From NCBI GenBank assembly GCA_018660265.1, contig JABJKS010000076.1, positions 3,942 to 67,941 of the forward strand: a stretch of 64,000 nt of DNA, in the 5' to 3' direction. The DNA comes from Rhodospirillaceae bacterium (GTDB lineage: Bacteria > Pseudomonadota > Alphaproteobacteria > GCA-2731375). The notes under the pieces are model-generated. The model worked only from the letters and a program-made list of their open reading frames with translations, searched no databases and had not been told where the DNA came from. Made by a program: the position numbers and the translations under genes. Every line of letters begins with the position of its first letter. The first letter of the stretch is position 1. Positions 29,536 through 38,696 of the stretch are shown here, piece after piece.

Positions 29536-30549
29536 ATGACCATGGCACCCAATACAAAAAGCACCGGACCAAACTGCTGGGTCGTCACCCCCGGCCACGC
29601 GGGGATGGAAAACCAGGCCCTGGCCTTGGCTGAGGCCGTGGGATTGCCCCTCACGGTCAAACGGGTACGACCGCGCGCGCCCTGGACCTGGCTGCCGCCC
29701 GGTTGGTGGCCCTGGCCCCGTGCGGCGTTGGGTGGGGACAGTGATCCGATCGAGGCACCCTGGCCGGATCTGTTGATATCCTGCGGCCGGCGCGCCGTGC
29801 CCTACGCTTTGTTGGTGAAGCGTGAAAGCGCAGGCGCCACCACCATTGTTCATATTCAGAACCCGCAAACCCGGCTGTCCGCCTTCGATCTGGTCGCCCC
29901 ACCCCGCCACGACCATCTGGCCGGTGCCAACGTCGTCGAGACGGAAGCGTCCCTGCATCGGATCAACGCCGCACGTCTGGACACAGCCGCAGAGGTCTTC
30001 GCCCCGCAGCTGGCGCATTTGCCCCGGCCCCTGGTTGCTGTCCTGATCGGCGGCAGTAATTCCTGTTATCAACTAACACCAAAAATTGTGGCCGATTTGG
30101 CCGCACAGTTACGTACCTTGTGCGTGGAACAAGGCGTCGGCCTGGCCGTCACCCCGTCGCGGCGCACGGGCAGCGACAATATCGAAACCCTGCGCCAGGC
30201 CTTGGCGGGGTTGCCTGCGGTGGTCTGGGATTTCGCGGGCGACAATCCCTATTTCGGATATCTGGGCCTGGCGGATGCGATCATTGTGACCTGCGATTCG
30301 GTAAATATGGTCTCCGAAGCCTGCGCCACGGGAAAACCAGTGCACGTGGTGCACCTGTCGGGCGGCAATCGCAAATTCAATGAATTCCACGCCAGGATGG
30401 AAAACGCCGGCTATACCCGGCCCTTCGCAGGCAAATTGGAACACTGGCCCTATCAGCCAGCAGATGATGTCGGGAAAGTGACGGCCAGAATACATCAACT
30501 TTTGGCAGAAAAGGGGCATGTCCCAGAAGAGTCGGCCAACCTGACTTGA
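29536..30549 (+). CDS. ELM1/DUF1022-family (mitochondrial fission ELM1 homologue) protein
   Basis: CWVVTPGHAGMENQALALAEAVG...PDLLISCGRRAVPYAL...FDLVAPPRHD. Trimmed to ATG 29536. Confidence 0.8.
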   Translation: MTMAPNTKSTGPNCWVVTPGHAGMENQALALAEAVGLPLTVKRVRPRAPWTWLPPGWWPWPRAALGGDSDPIEAPWPDLLISCGRRAVPYALLVKRESAGATTIVHIQNPQTRLSAFDLVAPPRHDHLAGANVVETEASLHRINAARLDTAAEVFAPQLAHLPRPLVAVLIGGSNSCYQLTPKIVADLAAQLRTLCVEQGVGLAVTPSRRTGSDNIETLRQALAGLPAVVWDFAGDNPYFGYLGLADAIIVTCDSVNMVSEACATGKPVHVVHLSGGNRKFNEFHARMENAGYTRPFAGKLEHWPYQPADDVGKVTARIHQLLAEKGHVPEESANLT

Positions 30550-30660
30550 AGACGGCCCGGAGGCGTTATACATACGATAGAGGATTTAAATATTCTGAGC
30601 GTCCCCGTAGATGGGACCATTCATATTGTCAGTTCTAGTTCAAAGAGTGAGGAGTGCGCT

Positions 30661-31638
30661 ATGTCGCAGACCCATCATAGCCGCGTCATGATACTTGGTT
30701 CGGGCCCCGCCGGTGCCACCGCCGCGATTTATGCCGCGCGTGCGGGTTTAGAGCCGATGATGGTACACGGCCTGCAACCGGGTGGGCAGATGACCATCAC
30801 AACGGATGTGGAAAACTATCCGGGCTTTGCCGAAGTCATCCAAGGCCCCTGGCTGATGCAGCAGATGGAAGAACAGGCCAAGGCTGTCGGCACCAATATT
30901 ATTCATGACATAATCGTTGATGTGGACTTTACCACCAGACCCCTGCGTTGCACTGGTGACAGTGGTGATACCTATACCGCCGATACCCTGGTCATCTCCA
31001 CCGGTGCCCAGGCCAGTTGGCTGGGTCTTGCCTCGGAGCAGAAATATCAAGGCTTTGGCGTCTCGGCCTGTGCGACCTGCGATGGCTTCTTCTATCGCGA
31101 CAAGCCGGTCTGTGTGATCGGTGGCGGCAATACGGCGGTGGAAGAGGCACTGTATCTGACCAATTTTGCTTCGAAAGTGACATTGATCCATCGTCGCGAC
31201 AGCCTGCGGGCGGAAAAAATCCTGCAGGAACGCCTATTACGGCATGAAAAAATTGAGGTCCTGTGGGACCATGTCCTCGAAGAAGTGTTGGGCGATAACC
31301 AGCCGCCGGGCGTAACCGGCGCACGTGTCCGCAATGTTAAGACGGACGCAGTGACGGATTTGGCTGTTGACGGTGTCTTTGTCGCCATTGGTCACGTCCC
31401 CCAGACTGAATTGTTCAAGGGCAAACTGGCCATGGATGACGAGGGTTATTTACGAACCGCGCCCGACAGCACAGCGACAGAAATACCCGGTGTATTTGCC
31501 GCCGGCGATGTCCAGGACAAGATCTACCGCCAGGCGGTGACCGCAGCGGGAACCGGATGCATGGCAGCCCTGGAAGTCGAGCGCTATTTGGGTGCCCAGA
31601 GTGATGCGGATGAGGCGACAATCAAGGCGGCGGAATAG
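30661..31638 (+). CDS. trxB: thioredoxin-disulfide reductase
   Basis: ILGSGPAGATAAIYAAR, redox-active CATCDGFFY, GGGNTAVEEALYL. Confidence 0.95.
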   Translation: MSQTHHSRVMILGSGPAGATAAIYAARAGLEPMMVHGLQPGGQMTITTDVENYPGFAEVIQGPWLMQQMEEQAKAVGTNIIHDIIVDVDFTTRPLRCTGDSGDTYTADTLVISTGAQASWLGLASEQKYQGFGVSACATCDGFFYRDKPVCVIGGGNTAVEEALYLTNFASKVTLIHRRDSLRAEKILQERLLRHEKIEVLWDHVLEEVLGDNQPPGVTGARVRNVKTDAVTDLAVDGVFVAIGHVPQTELFKGKLAMDDEGYLRTAPDSTATEIPGVFAAGDVQDKIYRQAVTAAGTGCMAALEVERYLGAQSDADEATIKAAE

Positions 31639-31679
31639 AACCTGAATGGAGCCGAAATGAAGCCGGTAGAGGCACTCTA

Positions 31680-32579
31680 ATGCCAATGGATTGGGACAAA
31701 CTACGGGTATTTCATGCCGTCGCGCTTGCGGGCAGTTTCACCCATGCGGGGGAGGATTTAAACCTCAGCCAATCTGCGGTTAGCCGGCAGATTTCAGCGC
31801 TTGAGGATGAGCTTGGCGTGCAGTTGTTTCATCGCCACGCCCGGGGTTTGGAATCCACCGAACAGGGCGATTTGCTTTATCGTGCGGCGCACGAGGTTTT
31901 TGACAAACTTTCCGAAGTGCGGACCCGTCTGACGGATAGCAAGAATGTTCCCGCCGGCGATCTGCGGATCACCACGACGGTTGGTTTGGGGTCGACCTGG
32001 TTGACGCCCCGAACCCATGATTTTCTGGAACTCTATCCCGATATTCGCCTGTCAATAATTTGCGACGACCGGGAACTGGATCTGGGTATGCGGGAAGCTG
32101 ATGTCGCGATCCGTATTACCGAACCGCGGCAGCCGGATCTGATCAAAAAGCGCCTCTTCACGGTGCATTCCCATCTATACGCATCGCCTGATTACTTAAA
32201 ACGTCATGGCACGCCGCACAGTATCGACGACTTGGATGATTGCCCCTTGATCGCCTATGGCGATCATGCCCCCACCACATTACGCAATGTGAACTGGCCG
32301 CGCACCGTCGGGGTAAAACCCCATGGTACGCCGCGAAAAACCATATTACAGGTCAACAACATCTACGGCCTTTTGCTGGCCATCGAAAGCGGAATGGGCA
32401 TCGGTTCCTTACCCGACTACATGATTACACCCGATAGACCGCTGCAACGTATTCTGCCAGAGGCGGAGGGCCCGACCACGGATGCTTATTTCGTCTATCC
32501 GGAAGAATTAAGAAACACCAAAAGAATCGGGGTGTTCCGGGACTTTCTTGAAGAACAGGTTCGACAATGGCGGTTTTGA
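31680..32579 (+). CDS. LysR-family transcriptional regulator
   Basis: LRVFHAVALAGSFTHAGEDLNLSQSAVSRQISALE HTH, 299 aa. Confidence 0.9.
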   Translation: MPMDWDKLRVFHAVALAGSFTHAGEDLNLSQSAVSRQISALEDELGVQLFHRHARGLESTEQGDLLYRAAHEVFDKLSEVRTRLTDSKNVPAGDLRITTTVGLGSTWLTPRTHDFLELYPDIRLSIICDDRELDLGMREADVAIRITEPRQPDLIKKRLFTVHSHLYASPDYLKRHGTPHSIDDLDDCPLIAYGDHAPTTLRNVNWPRTVGVKPHGTPRKTILQVNNIYGLLLAIESGMGIGSLPDYMITPDRPLQRILPEAEGPTTDAYFVYPEELRNTKRIGVFRDFLEEQVRQWRF

Positions 32580-32666
32580 GAATGCCGAGGTATGCATCTG
32601 ACGCATACCTAATATGCAATACTTTCAATGGCGGAACGGCAGTCTAATCCTTAAATTTTACTATAG

Positions 32667-32802
32667 AATGTTGCGATGCAGCATTCTCGGCGGACCCTCT
32701 CACACCCCCCCGTGTACGGGTGGTTCGCCTAGCGTCTCCCAAGACGTGAAGCCTCCCTGTTAGACTGGCCCGGAAATCCTAGATTTCCGGGCCTCTTTTT
32801 TT
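32667..32802 (+). ncRNA. candidate small RNA (orphan transcription unit ending at a strong intrinsic terminator)
   Basis: No ORF. 5' hairpin gaatgttgc-gat-gcagcattc, hairpin cgtct-ccca-agacg, single-stranded gcctccctg, then terminator. The 5' end is a guess. Confidence 0.3.
32767..32802 (+). terminator. Rho-independent terminator
   Basis: Perfect 12-bp stem ggcccggaaatc / gatttccgggcc, 3-nt loop, followed by tcttttttt. Confidence 0.75.
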
Positions 32803-32979
32803 GCTTCATAACATTCCCATAACAGCGGAATGGAGCAAAACAGGGCAAGAAATCAGAAACAAATTCCTTTAGAGGTCGAAACGATAATTATAGTGATTCG
32901 CATTTCAATGTCGCATTCGCCCGCCATCAACTGAAAAATGCAAGCCCATTTTATCGAAACACCCAATGGGGTTTCGTTT

Positions 32980-33861
32980 TTATCTTAAGCCAAGTGTCTT
33001 CCGCGCCTCGCTGGGGCTTTGTACTTTGCCCCCCAGACTTTCAACAATGGTCACCGCGCGATTGACCAGATCAGCGTTGGATGCGAACACGCCTTTATCC
33101 AGATATAAATTATCCTCCAATCCAACGCGGACATGCCCGCCCAGCAACATCGCCTGAGCCACCATGGGCATCTGCATGGACCCTAGGCCAAAGCCTGCCC
33201 AGATTGCCCCAGGCGGCAGGTTATCCACCATCGCTTTCATGGTCTGGGTATTCGCCTCCGCCCCATAGGGAACGCCAAGGCAAAGTTGATACAAAGGCGG
33301 TGGGTCGAGCAATCCTTCGCTGAGCATTTGTTTTACGAACCACAGATGGCCGAAATCAAATATCTCTACCTCCGGTTTAACGCCCGCTGCCTGGATGCCT
33401 TTGGCCATGACCCGCAAGGTATCCACGGTATTGGTCATCACGTAATTGCCTTCACCGAAATTCATGCTGCCGCAATCAAGGGTGCAGATTTCGGGCCGTA
33501 ATTCGATGACATGTTCCAGGCGTTCGTCAGCGCTGGCCATATCGGTCATATTGCCCAATTTCATGGGCTCCTCCGGCGGGCCGAAATAGACGTCGCCCCC
33601 CATGCATGTGGTCAGATTGATCACGACATCCGCGCCGTTGTCACGGATCCGGGCAACCGTTTCCCGATACAAGGCCGGATCACGGCTGGCCTCCCCGGTT
33701 TCGGGATCGCGGACATGAAGATGCACCGCCGCCGCCCCTGCCTCTGCCGCCTCTATAGCCGAGGCGGCGATCTGCTCTGGTGTGACGGGTATATTGGGGT
33801 GCTTACCCACTGTATCGGCAGACCCTGTTACAGCACAGGTAATGATTACGTTCCGGTTCAT
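32980..33861 (-). CDS. beta-keto acid cleavage enzyme (BKACE/DUF849, 3-keto-5-aminohexanoate cleavage family)
   Basis: [32 protein letters not shown]...[13 protein letters not shown]. Trimmed from 34035 to ATG 33861. Confidence 0.85.
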   Translation of the reverse strand: MNRNVIITCAVTGSADTVGKHPNIPVTPEQIAASAIEAAEAGAAAVHLHVRDPETGEASRDPALYRETVARIRDNGADVVINLTTCMGGDVYFGPPEEPMKLGNMTDMASADERLEHVIELRPEICTLDCGSMNFGEGNYVMTNTVDTLRVMAKGIQAAGVKPEVEIFDFGHLWFVKQMLSEGLLDPPPLYQLCLGVPYGAEANTQTMKAMVDNLPPGAIWAGFGLGSMQMPMVAQAMLLGGHVRVGLEDNLYLDKGVFASNADLVNRAVTIVESLGGKVQSPSEARKTLGLR

Positions 33862-33880
33862 TTTCAATCCTTTGTATTCA

Positions 33881-34678
33881 TCAAGGCCCGCCCAAGGTCT
33901 CCGTATGGCCATCCACGGGAATGACCTGCCCGCTGATCTTAGCCCCCGCATCAGAGGCCAGAAACAGCGCCACCGCCGCGACATCATCCGCAGAAACAAA
34001 AGTCCGTAGGGAGGACGTGCGGTAGTAATCTTCACGGATGGCGTCAGGGCTCAAATCACGGGCCGCCGCCTCCGCCGCGATCACGCGCTCCAACCGATCG
34101 CCTTCGACAGATCCCGGCGCGATGGCATTGACCCGAATGCCAAATGGACCAACCTCCATGGCCAGACTTTTCGTCAGCCCCACCACGGCCCATTTGGAGG
34201 CCGCATAGGGACTGCGCATGGGAAACCCCAATATACCGGCGTTCGAGGCAAGGTTGATGATACTGCCTGCCCCCTGTGCCTTCATCAAAGGCAGCGCCTG
34301 GCGCGCGCACAAAAAGCCGCCATCCACATTGACCGTCAGACAACGACGCCATTCATCGGGTGATAGATCTTCCAGAAATCCTGCCGGGCCGGCAATGCCT
34401 GCATTGTTCACCAACACATCAATGCCGCCTAAATGTTCGCCCAGGTATCGGAATAGCGCCGCCACAGCGTCCGGATCAGCGACATCTGTCTTAACCGCAG
34501 CGATATCCGGGGCCTCGTCCGCCAGGGCATCCAATGCTCCTTGATCGACGTCACAGACGACCACCCGGCCGCCCTGCTGGCGAAAGGCAAAGGCAATGGC
34601 GCGGCCAATTCCGCTGGCCCCTGCGGTCACCAGAACACGTTTGTTTTGCAGGCCTCCGTCTTTTAGGCCACTGGTCAT
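33881..34678 (-). CDS. SDR-family oxidoreductase
   Basis: [25 protein letters not shown]. Confidence 0.85.
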   Translation of the reverse strand: MTSGLKDGGLQNKRVLVTAGASGIGRAIAFAFRQQGGRVVVCDVDQGALDALADEAPDIAAVKTDVADPDAVAALFRYLGEHLGGIDVLVNNAGIAGPAGFLEDLSPDEWRRCLTVNVDGGFLCARQALPLMKAQGAGSIINLASNAGILGFPMRSPYAASKWAVVGLTKSLAMEVGPFGIRVNAIAPGSVEGDRLERVIAAEAAARDLSPDAIREDYYRTSSLRTFVSADDVAAVALFLASDAGAKISGQVIPVDGHTETLGGP

Positions 34679-35145
34679 GTCGAGGCGTCCTGCAGCCGGG
34701 ATAACAGCGCGATCAACTGTTTCTGCTCCGCCAGATCCAGGCCGTGGGAGATACGGATTTCATGCTCCGCCACTTTGGTTCGGGCCTGGGCCAACAGGGT
34801 TTGTCCCTGATCCGATAGCCGCAAGGCATAGGATCGCCGATCACGGGGCACCGGTTCGCGCAATACCAACCCGCGGCCTTCAAGGCGATCGATCACCGCA
34901 ACGACGGTGGAACGGTCAATACCCAATGCATTGCCCAGGCGGGTTTGGTTCAGACCGGAATTGGCCTGTATCAAAATCAGGACGCCAAACTGCCCCGGTG
35001 TGATATCGCACGCCTTCAGACTCTCCGAAAAATCCTGAAATACCGCCGTTTGCGCACGGCGCAAATTATAACCGATCAAGCCCGGCAACAGATCATAGTC
35101 AAAGCTGTCTTTGTCCGGATCAACGCTGTTTTGTGCTTTCTTCAT
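34675..35145 (-). CDS. MarR-family transcriptional regulator
   Basis: ITPGQFGVLILIQANSGLNQTRLGNALGIDRSTVVAVIDRLEGRGLV. 4-nt overlap with the SDR start. Confidence 0.9.
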   Translation of the reverse strand: MKKAQNSVDPDKDSFDYDLLPGLIGYNLRRAQTAVFQDFSESLKACDITPGQFGVLILIQANSGLNQTRLGNALGIDRSTVVAVIDRLEGRGLVLREPVPRDRRSYALRLSDQGQTLLAQARTKVAEHEIRISHGLDLAEQKQLIALLSRLQDAST

Positions 35146-35221
35146 TGGATGGCAAGGCTAGGCCACTTCACCGATTGGAGAAAGGGAATTTCTGCTTTAG
35201 ATTGGCAAATAGGTACAGGAA

Positions 35222-36262
35222 ATGGGGATGGGATTGGACGTGAGTTACCAGGTTAAAATACGTGGCACCGATAAGGTGGTCAAAGTGGGCAAGGACGAAA
35301 CGATACTTGAAGCGGCCCTTGCCGCAGACATCGATTATCCGTTCGGCTGTCAGTCCGGCAATTGCGGGGCTTGTAAATCCCGCCTGTTGGCCGGCGAGGT
35401 GGAGATGGAGGATTATTCCGAATTCGCCCTGACGAATGATGAACGGGACCAGGGCCAGATCCTGGCCTGTTGCTCTATCCCTGTCGCGGATTGTGATGTG
35501 GCCTGGCTGGATCTGGAGGAAACTGTCCAACACAGCCAGCAGTCCCTGGACTGTGAAGTGGTCGCTGTGGAACGCGCCACCCACGACATCGTCATCATCA
35601 AACTAAAAGGTGCGAGTGGCACCCTGGCCTTTTCCCCTGGGCAATATGCCGCCCTTGGTTTCGCCGGTCAGCCGGCCCGGGACTTCTCCATGGCGGGGGA
35701 ACCTTATGGCGATATTCTGGAGTTTCATATCCGTGCCATCGCGGATGGTCAGGTCAGCCAATATGCCCAAACAGACGTCAAGGTTGGCGACAGAGTGGCC
35801 CTGTCCGGACCCATGGGCCTGGCCTTTCTACGGGAATTGCACAGCGGCCCGATCCTGGCGGTGGCGGGTGGCTCCGGCCTGGCCCCCATGAAATCGATTG
35901 TGGAAGCGGCCCTGGCAAAAAATATGCCGCAGGCCATAACCTTGTATTTTGGTGCCCGGGAAGAACGAGACCTATATCTGGTCGATCATTTCGAAGCCTT
36001 GGCGGCGAAGCACGGTAATTTCAGCTTCATTCCTGTCCTGTCCGACGAGACCGGCGCCACGAACCGGCGCACGGGCATGTTGGCGGACGCCATTGCGGAA
36101 GATATCCAGAACATGGACGGCTACAAAGTTTACACCGCCGGCCCGCCACCAATGGTCGATGCGGTACAAGCCTTACTGGAACGTCAGGGTGGCCGGGCGG
36201 AGGATCTACACGCCGATCCATTCTATACGGCCCATGAATTAGCAGCCCAGAAAGGTAGCTGA
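35222..36262 (+). CDS. [2Fe-2S] ferredoxin-FNR-type oxidoreductase (BenC/DmpP-like oxygenase reductase component)
   Basis: N-terminal plant-type cluster motif CQSGNCGACKSRL...C, then FAD/NAD domains (FSPGQY, GGSGLAP). Confidence 0.85.
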   Translation: MGMGLDVSYQVKIRGTDKVVKVGKDETILEAALAADIDYPFGCQSGNCGACKSRLLAGEVEMEDYSEFALTNDERDQGQILACCSIPVADCDVAWLDLEETVQHSQQSLDCEVVAVERATHDIVIIKLKGASGTLAFSPGQYAALGFAGQPARDFSMAGEPYGDILEFHIRAIADGQVSQYAQTDVKVGDRVALSGPMGLAFLRELHSGPILAVAGGSGLAPMKSIVEAALAKNMPQAITLYFGAREERDLYLVDHFEALAAKHGNFSFIPVLSDETGATNRRTGMLADAIAEDIQNMDGYKVYTAGPPPMVDAVQALLERQGGRAEDLHADPFYTAHELAAQKGS

Positions 36263-36274
36263 GGGAGACGGACG

Positions 36275-37318
36275 ATGAGCGCTGAAGTACAGAGCAATAG
36301 CGAGCGGCAGGCCTATTATGACCGCATCGCGCCGGCCCATCTGACACCGTTGTGGGAGGTCTTTGCCGATCTGGTCACGCCTGAGCCTAAATCTCAGGCG
36401 ATACCCGCCGTCTGGCATTATGACAAGATCCGTCCGTTCATATTGGAATCCGGCGGCCTGATCACCGCCATGGAGGCGGTCCGTCGGGTTCTGATCCTGG
36501 AAAATCCAAATCTTCCGGGCCAATCCAAGATCACCAATACCCTGTATGCGGGCCTGCAACTGATCCTGCCGGGAGAAGTCGCCCCGGCCCATCGTCACAG
36601 CCAATCCGCCCTGCGCTTTATTGTCGAAGGACAAGGTGCCTATACGGCGGTTGAAGGCGAGAAAACCATCATGAGCCCAGGCGATTTCGTCACCACGCCG
36701 TCATGGGCCTGGCACGATCATGGCAATGATACGGACCAACCCATGGTCTGGCTGGATGGCCTGGACATCCCGATCGTGAATTTCTTTGATGCCTCATTTG
36801 CCGAGAACCTGGATCAGGACAGCCAGTCCCTCTCCAAACCGGCGGGAGATTCACTGGCACGGTACGGCGCGGGCATGCTGCCCATGGGCTATGAACAGGT
36901 CTCCCCCACCTCCCCCGTCTTCAACTACCCCTATGCCCGCACCCGTGAGGCGTTGGAGCAGATGCGCAAGGTAGAGGAATGGGACCCCTGTCATGGCCTG
37001 AAGATGTGTTACATCAATCCGGTCACCGGTGACTATGCCATGCCGACCATGGCCACATTCATGCAATTGATCCCCAATGGCCTGACCACAGCGCCGTATC
37101 GATCCACGGACGGCATGGTCTATAGCGTGGTCGAAGGCAGCGGGCGCACCTTTGCCAATGGCCAGGAACTATCCTGGGGTCCGCGCGATACCTTTATCAT
37201 TCCAAGCTGGTGCCACCATCATCATGAAGTTGACGGCGATGCGGTGCTGTTCAGTTTCTCCGACCGCCCGATCCAGGAAAAGCTGGGTCTGTGGCGGCAA
37301 GATCGCGGTAATCACTAA
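36275..37318 (+). CDS. gentisate 1,2-dioxygenase (bicupin)
   Basis: LYAGLQLILPGEVAPAHRHSQSALRFIVEGQGAYTAVEG, 347 aa. Confidence 0.85.
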   Translation: MSAEVQSNSERQAYYDRIAPAHLTPLWEVFADLVTPEPKSQAIPAVWHYDKIRPFILESGGLITAMEAVRRVLILENPNLPGQSKITNTLYAGLQLILPGEVAPAHRHSQSALRFIVEGQGAYTAVEGEKTIMSPGDFVTTPSWAWHDHGNDTDQPMVWLDGLDIPIVNFFDASFAENLDQDSQSLSKPAGDSLARYGAGMLPMGYEQVSPTSPVFNYPYARTREALEQMRKVEEWDPCHGLKMCYINPVTGDYAMPTMATFMQLIPNGLTTAPYRSTDGMVYSVVEGSGRTFANGQELSWGPRDTFIIPSWCHHHHEVDGDAVLFSFSDRPIQEKLGLWRQDRGNH

Positions 37319-37342
37319 GGCACAAGTGGCACTAGGACATAT

Positions 37343-37942
37343 ATGGCAGCGAACGAATACGAATTCCTGGACGAGGCGGAGCTGAGCGATTTTCCCGGCC
37401 TGATGGCGGTCTCTCAATTCGTTCGCATGCTGGCTGAGGTGCCGTGGTTCGGCGGCCTGGGGCTGGAGCTGGACGGGCGGGAGATATTGCTGTCGGAGGA
37501 TTACCTGCTCGCCCTCGGCTTCCCCGATGCCTATATCTCGCCAGTTGAGAATTGGGAGGAAGCCGCCGCCGCTGCCGCCAATCCGGACTGGAATACGGAA
37601 TGGTGGGAGGCGGAGGAACAGGTCCGCGTCGCCCTGGTCTCCGAAGCCTGCCTGAAGGCGGATGAAGAGACGGTCATGATCGCCCTGACCCATCTGCAGA
37701 ACCAATCGATTGAGGCGGTGTTGGAACCAGCGGAACTGGCCGCGGAAGCTGCCGGCATCGAGGATGAGGAATTGATCCGTGCGGCAGCCGGTGCCGGCGC
37801 CCAGGCGATCTATCAGGCCGGCCTGTTACTGGCGGCGGAGAACGAAGACGATGAACATCATGCCTTTGCTTTGAAATACCGCCTGTTTGAATCCGGCCGC
37901 TGGCCCATCGGTGTCGTCGGCAACAGTTTTCATATTTTTTAG
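37343..37942 (+). CDS. hypothetical acidic protein (199 aa) inside the gentisate operon
   Basis: ORF 24 nt after the dioxygenase stop. Glu/Asp/Ala-rich. No family recognised. Confidence 0.6.
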   Translation: MAANEYEFLDEAELSDFPGLMAVSQFVRMLAEVPWFGGLGLELDGREILLSEDYLLALGFPDAYISPVENWEEAAAAAANPDWNTEWWEAEEQVRVALVSEACLKADEETVMIALTHLQNQSIEAVLEPAELAAEAAGIEDEELIRAAAGAGAQAIYQAGLLLAAENEDDEHHAFALKYRLFESGRWPIGVVGNSFHIF

Positions 37943-37991
37943 TCCACAATCAAATTTGACACACATTTCCTGACACGCATTGGAGCCCCCC

Positions 37992-38681
37992 ATGGCCTTC
38001 GCCATTACCCCGCCGCCGCAAGCCAGCGTCCCCGTACAGGGTGGCGATCCTTTTCCCGTGCGGCGGATTTACTGCGTCGGGCGCAATTATGCCGCCCATG
38101 CCCGTGAAATGGGCCACGACCCTGATCGGGAACCGCCGTTCTTTTTTATGAAACCGGCGGACGCCATTGCCATGGATGGCAGCAGCATCGCCTATCCCCC
38201 GGCAACGTCAGATCTTCACCACGAGATCGAGCTGGTGGTCGCCCTGGCCAAGGGCGGCAGCAATATTCCCGAAGATCAGGCCCTCGACCATGTCTTCGGC
38301 TATACGGTTGGTTTGGACATGACCCGGCGTGATTTACAGGGCGAGGCCAAGACGAAAGGCCGGCCCTGGGATACCGGCAAAGGCTTTGACAATTCCGCCC
38401 CCATGGGGGTTTTACGCACAGTCGCCGATGTGGGTCACCCCACCGATGCGCGGATATCTCTCAAAGTAAACGGAGACCTGCGCCAGGAAGGTACCGTCAA
38501 TCAGATGATCTGGAACGTGCCTGAAACAATTGCCTACCTGTCCGGCTTGTTTGAACTTCAGCCCGGCGACATGATCATGACCGGCACCCCCGAAGGCGTG
38601 GCCGCTGTCGGTCCCGGTGACCGCCTGGAAGGCGAAGTCGACGGCATCGCCACCTTGTCCATTACTTACAATTCAAAATAG
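37992..38681 (+). CDS. fumarylacetoacetate hydrolase-family protein (probable fumarylpyruvate/maleylpyruvate hydrolase)
   Basis: RIYCVGRNYAAHAREMG...HHEIELVVA...MTRRDLQ...GKGFDNSAP. ATG 37992 has GGAG 6 nt upstream. Confidence 0.85.
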   Translation: MAFAITPPPQASVPVQGGDPFPVRRIYCVGRNYAAHAREMGHDPDREPPFFFMKPADAIAMDGSSIAYPPATSDLHHEIELVVALAKGGSNIPEDQALDHVFGYTVGLDMTRRDLQGEAKTKGRPWDTGKGFDNSAPMGVLRTVADVGHPTDARISLKVNGDLRQEGTVNQMIWNVPETIAYLSGLFELQPGDMIMTGTPEGVAAVGPGDRLEGEVDGIATLSITYNSK

Positions 38682-38696
38682 TCAGGCGGCGTAATA

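Noticed and set aside
32829-32933. 34-aa ORF (MEQNRARNQKQIPLEVETIIIVIRISMSHSPAIN) downstream of the sRNA terminator.
   Set aside because: There is no convincing ribosome-binding site or any other support. Too short to call.
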